Shown: one piece after another, positions 40,701-57,876 of the stretch
Layout: each line of letters opens with the position of its first letter
Numbering within the stretch: the stretch's first letter is position 1
Origin: Adineta vaga
Lineage: Eukaryota > Animalia > Rotifera
Assembly (NCBI GenBank): GCA_021613535.1
Contig: CP075495.1
Coordinates: 12,648,001-12,712,000 of the forward strand
Length of the DNA: 64,000 nucleotides
Direction of reading: 5' to 3'
The notes under the pieces: model-generated
What the model saw: only the letters and a program-made list of their open reading frames with translations
Told to the model about the DNA's origin: nothing
The model's database searches: none
Program-made: the position numbers and the translations under genes

Positions 40701-41697
40701 ATCAGATATTGTGATTAATCGAAAAATCATAGAGAAAGAAACGATGTGTTGATCAACATTCAAGAATAACTCAACCATCGAAGGCCACAATCTTTTATAT
40801 CGATAATATTATATTGAACTCAATATAATTTTTTTCAATAAATATCTTCAAAGATCGCAATAGTTTTCTTGCTTTTAGTATAATGAATGAAATTTTGATT
40901 AATAATTAATCCTTCTTCTTTTTTGAATCATATTCTTATCAATAAATTGCCGAGAAAAAAAAGAACAAAAGCAAAACTTCCCATTGTTCAACTGAAATTT
41001 TTTTTTTCTCATGAAAAATAAAAAGAGAAAATAGTTCTCTAATTGTGCGTATGTATGTGCGTTTGTTGTATACAAAGAGAACAAAAAAAAGAAAACAAAA
41101 AATACAAATGCAAAAAAAAGAAAAAAACCTATAGTTCCTTTTTTCTCTTTTTGTGTTTTGTCTGTGTCTATCATACAGGACGATGAGAAAACGAGCAAGA
41201 GAGAGAGAGAGAGAAATAAAGCATAAAATATAGGAAAAATTAAGGAGTGCATAAGACACCCACAAACATACACACACGGAAGAGCATCGATAAGAATAAA
41301 ACGAAAAACTGAAGAAGAGAGACCAAGAGAGAGACAGAGCTCGTGCGGTGGCAACAAAACAACAATCCGAAAGTCATTAGTATCATGATCTTACTGTTTT
41401 CTATACATACACACGCACACACAGAAGATGAAAAAATAAAATAGAAGAGAAAACGCATAAAAAGGAAGAGAACCTTCGTTGTTCGTTGTTTATCCGCAGT
41501 GAAGTTGTAGTAGTAATAGTGGTAATTGTTGATGATAATCTTTGTTGTAGTTCGAACAGCAATAGGCAATAAAACCTTGAGCTGTATGCATACATACATA
41601 GACGCACAGAGAGATGATCAGAATGAAGAAAAAGAAGGAGAGAGAGAAAGAGAAGTAAAAGCAAAACGAACGATATTGGGTAACAAATATCATCATA

Positions 41698-46545
<4,848 letters not shown>

Positions 46546-46948
46546 TCAATGATGATCAACAGTGGCGGCAACAGCAGCAACATCGACAACGACGACGAAC
46601 GTCGATGATAGCAGAAGAATATTGAAAAAGAAGAAGTGGTAGGGGGTCACACAGAATTATTGTAGTGATAGCAGCAGTAATAGTAGTAATGGTAGTAGTC
46701 GAAGAATAAGATGAAGACGAAGAAGAAGGAGGAGAAGGAGGAGACGAAGAAGAAAAAGAAGAAGAATGAGAAGGACGACGGTGCAACTATGATGTTGTGA
46801 TGAGCAGCAGTAATTTTAAATGCGTCGTCTTCACAAGTCGATCAATTCCCAGCAAAACACGGCGATGCATAATATTGCTGCCATGTGCGCTTGGGCTAAA
46901 GAAAGATAGTAAATATATATAAATGAAAGAAAAAGACGAATTACAAAT

Positions 46949-46981
<33 letters not shown>

Positions 46982-49537
46982 GTAAAAAAATAAAAATACA
47001 TATATATCATATTGCCCGAAAGATAAAAACCTCGATGAAATTCTCCTGCTGTTTGTTAGCTATTTTCTGTAGTCGTGTCACACATATTGTTTTTCTTTTT
47101 TCCCTCGTCTACAAACATAAATGTAGACAAAAGAAAAACATGACATGAGTTACACATCCTCAATCAGAACGATAGGAATTTTCTAGTTCGAATAGTGTGA
47201 AGAGAAAAAACAAACAATGAACTTTACAAGTTTTCTAATCACATACATCATTACTCATCAACTGTCAAAACAGTGTTTTTTGCCTGGTGTCATCTAATAT
47301 CTACTATTGGTGCAGTCGTCACAGCGCTTCTTTGTTTGTGCCTATTGGAAAAAAAAACTATCTATACTTGAAATTGCATCACAATACAAGCGTGCGTGTG
47401 CAGAAAAAGCTTACTCGAAACAAAGATGGAGAACGATCAGGAAGAGAGAGAGAAAGAGAGAAAGAGACTTGGTGGTCTCAGGATTTTGTGTCGCGCGCCT
47501 GTTTATTTATTTTTGCTTCTGGGTTGCGAACGCGTTACACACGTTGGATGCTCTCTTTCTCCGTCTCTTCTCTCTCTCTCTCCCTTTCAAAGGCAGACTG
47601 CAGGCGGCAGCAGGCATAGGAGGAGAAGAAAAATGCGGAGAAACTAAAGATTTAGAAGAAGCAAAAGAAACAGAAAAAGAGGAAGAATAATCAGAAGAGG
47701 GAGATGCAAGAAGGGAAATACGGAAGGAATTGTCGTCGGTCGTCGTCCTCGGCTGATTGCAATGCAAGCGTGCGGCACAAGAACTGAGAAACAGCGCAAG
47801 TATACGAAAGAATAGGAAAAAAGAGGAGAAAATGGAGAAATATTAAAAATACTAATAAATACGCCACATATACGACGAGAACGAAGACCAACGTTGATAA
47901 AATAAGAGATCTCTAGAACACGCATATATATATATATTTATATATTTATATTTACAGCAATGCAACAAATATAGAGAGCAGAATAATAATAACAACAATA
48001 ACAACAAGCGATGACGATGATGATGAGGCTGCTGTTGATATAGCTCAGTGATAGAAATATAACAACAATATGTTGTATCAAAGAAGATGGACTCTCTCTC
48101 TCTTATTCTCGCTCGTCGTTTGATATTCTTTAGCAGGATAAATGTAGCGAGATGACAGAATGGATAACTTCGTATTCACTAGATAGAAGAAGTACTAGTG
48201 TTTCCTTTCAATCCAACACTCTTATTTTCTCTTTCTGTCTTTCTTTCTCTCTTTGACACATCTTCCTTGACGGTTTTCCAGTTTCTAATGTGCACACATA
48301 TGTACTGCATTTCTTCATGTATCTATGCATATATGTAAGAAGAAGTATGTCATGTTTATTCGATGTGCTACTCTTATACTCATCAATGCCAACCAGAGAA
48401 GGAAATGCCTTTATGAATCGATTGTTCGTTCGTTCGTTTGTTCGTTCTTTAATGGTATTGGTAGGAGGTAGTTTGACGAACATGCAAGAAAGGAAAACTC
48501 AACTAGCATTTTTTCTATCACGCACGCCCCCAAGTCACCTGTTCGAACCGTGTGTATGTGTGTCATCGTCATATCGGCATACAAAGGAAAAAACAGCAGA
48601 CGGATAAATAGAAGGAAAAAAAGAGGAGAAGAAGAAGACGAAGAAGAAGAAATCTTTGTCTTTCTCCGCCTTTTGGTTTGGGTAACAGCATTATATATTG
48701 GTATCAGCAATTTCTCTCGTCCCCTTTCCATCATAAGTCAAGGTTGGACATTTGTAGCACCAGTAAAGAAAGAAAGAAAAAGAGGGACATGATAATTTGA
48801 GCAAGGATATATCATGGATCATTGATAAATGCGCAATGGGAAAACTCCATTAGCGGTTACGGCAACGATATCTGTCGTGTCTCAACACATTCTTATTCAA
48901 TACAATAGCGAAGGCGAACATTTCATATTCTTGATTAACACAAATAAGAAATATATAGAGCGACAAAGCAAGAAAGAAAGAGATTTGTTAGATCAATTAT
49001 GGAACTTTTGTATAATCTTTTTTGATAATATTAACCTTGAGCATGACTGGAATGTTCATTGTCATCGATATCTATATGTCATCTGATTCATTCTTTTGTA
49101 TATAAGTAACAAAACGAGACAATTGGGGTAGATAGTTCATGGTGGATATATGTATGAGATAAAGTAAAAGATACGGCACACACAATTGACGGCAAGAACA
49201 ATCTTTGAACAAACAAAACGAAAAGAAAAACGAAAAGGAAGAAGAAGAAAAAGATAGATAGTTTATGCACACGTACAGTTGCTCACTTTACGTTAAGCTT
49301 CTACTGAGAAGTTCACGATCATCATCACCTCACTGTATAGTCTCATCTTTTCTTTGAAAGTGCATCTGTAATGTAAGTTCATTCATTCTTTATTTAAATA
49401 TGATATAAAACGAAAAGCCTTTTCTTCTTCACATCATAAGAATAATTTATCTTACCAATACACAATCTGCTTCTATCTATTCTATCGATTGATTTTAACC
49501 ACAAAAGAAAAGCCAATAATACAAAGGAAATTTTACT

Positions 49538-50632
49538 ATGATTTATATGTTTTCAATTTGGTTATCATTGCTGATAGGTCTATCAGTGAATAATATTATT
49601 GCCACAAATTTACGTTGTAATGAGGACATCAATGACTCTTTTCAAGTCATTGAAAATTGTCGAGCATGCGTTATTTTTATTGCTCCTTCAACCTCGTCTC
49701 CTTCAACTAGTACAGCATTGATGACAACAAAAACGACAAAGACATTCTTTCCAAGAAATATGTTTATATCGAATGTTGAACCATCAATAGAAGAATTATT
49801 TTTATTTGATGAAAAGAAACGTCGCCGTCGTCGTCGTCGTCGACAAAATACCGATACAGTAATACATCAACAATGTGCACGGGAAATCGATGGTCCATTA
49901 TATGGGTATGATCAAACGCATTGTTATTGTAATTCTAATCAATGTAATTCAAATATTCAACGATGTATTTATGAAGTAACATCAAAACGACATTTTGCGT
50001 GTTATCATGGTACTAATTCCAGCCAATATCCTTTGGAAATTCGTCATAAATGTCGAAGTTGTCGAATACGTCAAGATTTTTATTCGATATTTCATTATGA
50101 ATGTTTAACATTTGGGGAACGTGAACAAAATAATAAAACTCATTGTACATGTCAAAGACCCATGTGTAATCAAGATGCATCAACGTGTCAACGATTACAA
50201 CAAGGACCATCTAAACCGCGAACAAATCTAGTTTATACAACTATTTCAAATTCAACTATATTAATACCATTTATCAAATCGATTTCGACTTCTACCGTTC
50301 AAACGACTACTACAAAACAATTTACTACAACAACTCCAATAAGAACAACAAGAACAATAACGACGAAGACGACGACTGTTGCTAGTACTATCCTTACTAC
50401 TTCTACTATACCTTATATGACGACTGCGACTACTACATCTACTACTACTGCTGATATCAGTACTACAACTGTACCCTCAACGTTAAATCCTACTATAGTA
50501 AGTGAAATAACTGTAACTGATACAGTAACATCATTAATAACTACAACACCATTGGCAGCAACATTATCGACTGTACTTGAAACTGAAGAAGAAGAAGAAG
50601 TTTTAAATGTAAATTCAACCTTACTTGAATTT

Positions 50633-50663
<31 letters not shown>

Positions 50664-50833
50664 ATGAAACAACAACATCATATATCCAAACTAAACATCT
50701 TAAGACAGTGTATATCGAAGTCAAAAGTCATGGAAATTATTTATCAACAAGTTTTTATTTTAACTTTTACTTTATTTCGAACATTTTTATTTCGTTTTAT
50801 TTATTCGATGTGATCGCTAGTTTTATCTCTTAG
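49538..50833 (+). CDS. Secreted/GPI-anchored protein: two Cys-rich Ly6/uPAR (three-finger)-like modules, a Thr-rich mucin stalk and a hydrophobic C-tail
   Basis: Single-exon 431-aa ORF with a signal peptide, two modules ending HCYCNSNQCN and HCTCQRPMCN, ~150 aa of T/S/P-rich sequence and a hydrophobic C-terminus with no cytosolic tail. The fold assignment is inferred. Confidence 0.75.
50633..50663 (+). repeat. (ACA)n coding microsatellite giving poly-Thr in the mucin stalk
   Basis: acaacaacaacaacaacaacaacaacaaca. Confidence 0.9.
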
Positions 50834-52578
50834 ACAGTATATACATATATACGCATATATATATACATATACAAACATATATCAGTAAAAGGTATATTTA
50901 AACAATGAAAAAAGCCATCTACAAGGCAAAAGTATATATTCGATGCATTTGTTCATTAGTGAAACAACGAACGATTGATCCCTATGTAAGCTAAGAAAAC
51001 AATGTCAATAGTCGTAGGACTATTCTTAACAAACAAATAATGTCTAGCGACTTGATTCATTCTTCTATATATATATATATATCTACAGTTGACTAATCTC
51101 TCTTCAAGTATACTTGAATCATGAAATTCGAGTAAGGAGTAGAAGAGATCTGTAGTATTGTGTAGATGACATTCAGTTTTCATCATCGTTACGATGAATG
51201 AGAAGAACGATTAGTAGAGATTATTGATTTTATTGTATACAATCGAAATTGAAACTTCAAATGAAAAGGAAAGAAAAGAGATGAACATGCGACTAAAACT
51301 AATATTTTACTCATCAATATATATATATAGTAGTTTTTTTCCTTCTTTATAACTCAATTAAATTAAAGCTCATTCATTTCCTCACTATGTCTATAAACAA
51401 AATTCAATTAACTTATAGTTTATTCATTTTCTCGACAATTTTATTACATTAATTCATTGTAAAACAGTTCATTACTTATATGTAGTCAAACTGAAGATTC
51501 ATAGATCGATAATCATCAAAGAAGACATTGATCAACTTACGAAAAAAATACAACATGCCAACGGAAATGCTCTTGTCAGAACGTGTGCATATTCTTTTTC
51601 CCGTTTTGATACCACTAACAACACGTCAGAACAGATTATATATTAGTTCATGCGTGAAAATCTCTTCTTCTGTCTGTATTGGATAGATATACTACTATGA
51701 TCAGATATGATAGTTGCGTGTAAAATTTAGATTTCAGTGACCTTCTGAAAAATATTTTCATTATAGTGCAAGGTATTTCAATAGTACTTATTTCACATAA
51801 AATCTTTTCTGTGTAATTTCATGATAATACTCATCCGGTACTTGAATAGAATATATTCACAATATATAACATGTTTTCAATAAATACATGCTTTGTTTTT
51901 ATTATTGTAACTTTTTTTTTTTGAATTAAGATAAATATGATCTACAACATTGAGTGATAGCAAAATATATATTCGTGATGTATCAAAAGACAGAATGAAA
52001 TAGAATTATTCATTAATACCAAAAAAAATTATGATAAAAAACAATTAATAAATAATTTGATGTGAATTATTGGTTCGAATATTTTTGAATAATTTGCTAT
52101 TATTGATAAAACAGTTTAAACATCTTCTTTGTTTTCATTTTCTTTCGCCGAATTTTTATAATGTTCTTTTCTAAAACATTCATTGTCTTTGGCGCATTCA
52201 AACAATTCAGAGACAACTCTATAAGCAATCGAAATGGAAGAATTATGTTGTAATTGTTTTTCGTGACACGTCTTAAAGATCATCAATGTATTATTCAGGA
52301 ACCTATCGATTAGTTTGGTGAATATTGAATAAATAAAAGTTGTATTTAGTTTTCACTTTCTTATTTGATATATTAACAACACAATCTCTATTCTTTCGTG
52401 CTGATGATGTCGCCAGATAAATAAAACTTTTGTGCTTTATGGTTTTATGATTTCTTTTTTTTTGATGGTTGTTCACGAACAACATAAAGAACAGAATTGA
52501 TTTAATGTCGTCTCAAAATTTTTAGCCTTTTTCTCATACGTACAACTCAGTAATATAAGTATTATAGAAAATTTCACG

Positions 52579-54322
52579 ATGGCCAAATCATCGAACTTAG
52601 AAGATTATTGGCGAAAAAATAATGTTGAAAATCTTCTCAGAGATGTTACACACGTTTTAACACAACGAATGCCATCCGATCCAGCTGTTGCGATTGTTCA
52701 ATATCTTCATAAAAAATTTCCAAAATCATTTCCAACTTTCACCGATAACAATAGTAAGATGAATGCTACCTCTAAAACCACGGTTGATATTTTACAAACT
52801 CGGCCAACTACTTCTGCACGCTCTGATTTCAATACCGAAAATCATAATGATACGCAATTGCAACATCGAGCATCGATTCAAAGTCAAACTAGTGATATAG
52901 TTACTATACCAACAAATACATCAGCATTTACTAATATGCTTAATCGGGATGTAAATAATGATTTCTTTATGTTACTTTTTCAAATAAAATGTTTGTTTAT
53001 TTATTATAGACAGATAGTTCAAGACAAGCACCAGAGATTAACCTCAAAAATCTTATTTTTGCAAATCGTATCGGTCAACAAGTAATAAGATTTGGGAAAG
53101 ATATTCGTTCAGATCATGATATTCTTCAAGAAGAATTTCTCAAACCGAAAAAACAAAATGCATCCTCGACTCATGCACACATGTATCCTACGTCAGAAGA
53201 TCTTCAACAGTTACAAACACATGAAGAACCGTCTGCTCAACAATTAATTAAATATAAAGAACAAATTCATACGGAAAATCATCGTCGTCAACATCGTGAA
53301 AAACTTGCTAATTTAGCTAAACAAATATATGATAGGGAACGAATTTTACAACCAGATCTTGTCACAGTGTCGGAAGAAGTTCAACAAGATCAAATGTTAG
53401 GAGATGATCATACTCAATCTCATGTCGTTTCAACAGGAACAAGTACTACTAAACCAACGCATAAGCCGATGGTTAAATCAACAGCAGAGGAAGAGTTTTT
53501 AAATGATGAAAATATATTTCATCCAAGAAGACAACGACATCGACAGAGACATAACAATAACGCGTTAACATCAAGAACTGATGCACCGTATTCACATAGA
53601 CAATCAATTGTATATTTTGGTTCATCAAGAAGACAAGAAGATGGAGACAGAATGGCACTGATGCAAGATTGCGTTTGTAAAGCATGTGGAAATATAATTA
53701 ATACTGAAGATTTAAGACGTTATTCACAACAATTGTCTGGTATACTCATTTTTTTTCGTTCTTATTTATCTATATTTGATTAATATTGACATCTTTACTT
53801 ATTCTAGTGGAGCCGATAGTTTCTTCAGTAAAAGCAAGTCATGCTACAGTCAATGATTGGTTTGGATCTTCATTGAACGCATCTGATTCAAGATCGATGG
53901 TTTCATTGACAACAGATCAGATAACTCCTCCACCAACTAGTACAAATCCATTTGAACAAGATTTCTTCCAATCGATCGATGATACGAATGATAATAATAT
54001 ACAACATCGTCCACTAGCAGTACCAATCATTATTATAGACAGTCACAATAGCTCACAACATTCAAGATCAACACGTTTATCAGAATCGGATACATTTGTT
54101 CGTACATCTTCACCAAAAGTTCGATATTCACCTACATCATCAAGAAAAATGCCTTCACCTAACATACAAAATCGTCCATCTTCGAATACTCCAACAAATT
54201 CCTCATTTTCGCGACCAGTTGTAGTATCACCTTTAAAAACAACAATAATTCCGAATGCTGAACGACGAATGTCAGGTTGGAGTGTACGTGAACTTTCACC
54301 AGATGATTCAGACGAAAATTAG
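52579..54322 (+). CDS. Protein with an N-terminal RIIa/Dpy-30-like dimerization-docking domain, otherwise largely disordered (C8orf34-like?)
   Basis: LEDYWRKNNVENLLRDVTHVLTQRMPSDPAVAIVQYL matches the D/D pattern. Three exons are joined by short introns, with a CVCKAC motif and an S/P-rich C-terminus. Confidence 0.65.
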
Positions 54323-54600
54323 TTTTCACATATGTAATTTTGTCAATTTTCACAAATCTATAGGAGTACTCGAAGACAAAAAAAAGAATCAACATAGCCA
54401 AAAAAAATATCTGTCTATACACTTAAACATACGCACAGACACAAAAAGTTCAACTCGAATCTACCATGTAAACATAAGAAAAAGAAAAAGTAAATATCGA
54501 GAGAAAGACAAGTATGCATTACAGAGAAATTGAAAAATCAAACACATAGAAATATCTGAGAACAAGTTACACATGCATCGATCAACAAAAACGATACGTT

Positions 54601-57098
54601 TCATGTTGGTCGTACCATTCGAGACACACTAAAATAAGAGAAAATAAAATGAGTGAAAAGATAAAATTAATGAAGACATACGTTTGTTTCGCAAAGCGAT
54701 TTCGTATATGTTGAGGTAATTGAAGTACTGGTGATTTAGCTTCAACAGTCAATGTTGATGAAACTTCTAAATGATTAAAAAAAACATCATATTTTAGAAA
54801 TTAAAAACTCTTACTTACCAGTTGTTTCAGTGGTTAGTGAATTATTCTATAAAATATAACAAATCAAATAGAAAGATTTAGAGAAAAAAATACTATAAAG
54901 AAATCGATCATACTTGGACGTTATCCAGTTGCTCGTCAAGTAGTTTGTTATCTAAATTATCCGTAGGTGATAATTCTTTGACAATATTTGATGATTTTCT
55001 TTTTAATATATCACGAGTTTGTTTCGTCGGTGTTATAAATTGATCAGTAGAAGTTTGAGTTGTCAATTGTAGTAGACTATCATCATCAGTATTTAGTCTT
55101 TTAAATCGTTTATTATTCTGTGGTGAAATAGTATCTTTATTTGATGTTATATCATGGTTTTCATTAAGAGCTTCAAATACACTTGTTTTTGTGACAGTGG
55201 AAGATGAAAAGAATCGACTTGATTTATCTTCATCATATTGATTAAATAATAATGGCCGTTTGACAATGTCAATACTTTGGATGATCGATGTATGATATTC
55301 TACCGATGAAAGTGTTTTTGATGTTATTTCAGGTTTCTTTTCACTTGATTTTGGTAGATACATATTGAGAATAGCTGAAGATGAAAGTACATCTGAGGAT
55401 GGAGTTGGTTGTGAACGAACTTTCCTTGGTGGTGATGGCGTAGAAAATACTTGTCGATTAATTGGTGTTGATATTAATGAAAATCGTTCAGAACGAATAC
55501 TATATTCTTTACTCCAGATAGATTTTAGATGTCCCGGTATGATATCTGATGCTGACTTTGGTGAACGATACTATTGTGAAAACAAATATTTATTTCCTAT
55601 GCAAAGATGATAGAATAGAAACTTACATTCCATTTGTCTGGATGAAATATATCAACTATACATTTAGTTTTCACATTCAAATTTCCAATAGCATGTTGAA
55701 ATGCAAGTGGTGTATCATCGAGTCTAAAAATATCGATAAACTTTACTCAATTGAAATATTTATTCATTTTATAAGAACGTTATTTTCAAGTCAACAAGAA
55801 ATTTCATTAATCAGATTCTAAGAATAAGTAAATTTTAAACATACTGCCCGGAAAATTTTAGTTGATTATGATCAATATCATCAGGTAATGGATTTAATGG
55901 CATTTGTTTTCTTTGAATAGGATCATAAACAATTTGATGTAGAAATGCTAGATGTGCTCGTTTAAAACCAACAATATAATCATCCGTAACACGAAGACTT
56001 AATTTGCCAAGATTTTGTGGTAATTGTTTGAGAATCTATTTTTAAGAACAAAAGAGATAGAAAACAGTTCTTTTTTTCCTTTCTAAATTCAAATCTTTCT
56101 ATTACTAATTCAATATCAGTTATTTGTGTTCGACTCATAATTTTCTTTGCTTTAGCTAAACCAATTCCTGCTATATTATCAAGATAATCACATCCAGATA
56201 AAATACACATCCAACGAAATCGTTCAAAAGAATCCAAACCAAATTCTTTTTTTAAATCAAATTTTGCTCGTTCAAATAATTCACCATTACCTTGATCGTC
56301 AAGTTTAAATAAAATCTAAAATTTTCTCCAAACTCTGATTTGAAGAAAGAAAACAGAATATTTTTTGATCTTACATGATGACAACCAAAGAGAACAAGAT
56401 CAGAATCTTCTGTAATAACATAATCAGCTATTTTTGCTCGATTTAAATATGCTAATTGAGCATCAGCTTCATACGGTGCAACGATAACATCAGTACCCAT
56501 CGTTCGTAGAGTCTAGAATGAATCATTAATATACTATTAATCTTCAAAGAAATTCGATTAACCAACTAAACATACTCGAATAACATTAAGAACCATATCA
56601 GGTGTAATTTCAATTGCTTTTTGAAAAAATTGTTCTGCCTCACGTGTTTTTCCACTAGCAAGTGCTTTTTGTGCACGTAAACGATTTCGTTCACGTTCAC
56701 TATATATTAAAAACAATTCATAATGAAATTCACTTCAAACACGACATACTCGCTACGATTTATATTAGTAATGCGTTTTGCTGGTAATGGTGAACCGTCA
56801 AAAACCATGATAGGTTTTATACCCCAATCAAGTAATCTTTCGACAAATCGTGTTACATATTGTACATATCTATATGAATGAGAAAAAGTTTCTTCGATAG
56901 AATACGACAAGAATAAAGGTTATTTAATTACTTATCAGTTGATTCTTTTTGTGCTAATTTTCCAGCACAAGCATACGCTCCTCGATGAAGTAAAAAACTT
57001 GTATCGACAGCACATGTTGTACCACGAAATTCAGCACTTTTTATATCTACACGATGTATAGCTGATTTTAATAATGGATGAAGGCCCTCGATTCCCAT
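54601..57098 (-). CDS. EXO1: Exonuclease 1 (XPG/Rad2 family 5'-3' nuclease)
   Basis: [107 protein letters not shown] and [10 protein letters not shown]. The tail has SRFFS (MIP-box-like) and RNRFA. Confidence 0.95.
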
Positions 57099-57876
57099 CG
57101 TTGTTTTTATTCTTGTTATGGCTTATCACAAAATGATAATGATAATAATAATAATAGAGATCTAAAAATGAAATATCGAACAAATCCAATGGATTGAATT
57201 TCGATTAAAAAGAAAAGAAAGAAAGAAATTTTGTTCAACAGATATCGATTTATATAACGAATTAACACACATATGGCATTGGTTGAAGAGAAGATAACAA
57301 TACGAACGAGAAAAGAGAGCCAGTAAGTTATTGGATAACAGAATAGTGTTCGTTCTAGATAATCGTTCTATAAGTTTAGTCCTATCTCTGTCTGTCATCC
57401 CTATATACAATTCAATTGTTCGTGTGCTTACAATTAAGTCAAATTGAAACGAATCAAGGTTATATGCAATAGTTCTCCTGTCGTCTAGAATACAATTCTC
57501 ATGAGATCAATGGTAATAAGTTAGATTTGATTAAATAAAACTATGTAAATATGTTCTTAAGTAGTAGAACTTCTCAAAAGTTATTAATAAATAAATATTT
57601 CTGTTCTTTTTTTTTAAATTTATTTTTCCTTCAATCTCATTCCATATATCAGTCGATCATACAAAAAAATATATACACACACTCACAGACAAAGAAAAAC
57701 AATATTAAACAGAAACAAAATCTGTTTCTGTCTAGAAAAACAAACAAAAAGAATTCAAAAAAACTCCATCAATGTAGTTTGAATAACGAATAAACAAACA
57801 AAAAACGTTCTTTCAATTATGTTTTTACAACAAACACACACTGATATTATTTACAGGAATATAAAATCACATAAGA

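Noticed and set aside
37800-40800. Gene-free 3 kb as a possible transposon or MITE
   Set aside because: No terminal inverted repeats, LTRs, target-site duplications or transposase/RT fragments could be identified by eye.
47287-49272. Many 60-130 aa ORFs on both strands
   Set aside because: They arise from purine-rich simple repeats, with no coherent exon chain or recognisable motifs.
57120-57135. GGCTTATCACAA resembling the start of a rotifer spliced-leader sequence
   Set aside because: The match is short and imperfect, with no following donor or Sm-site, so it is likely chance.
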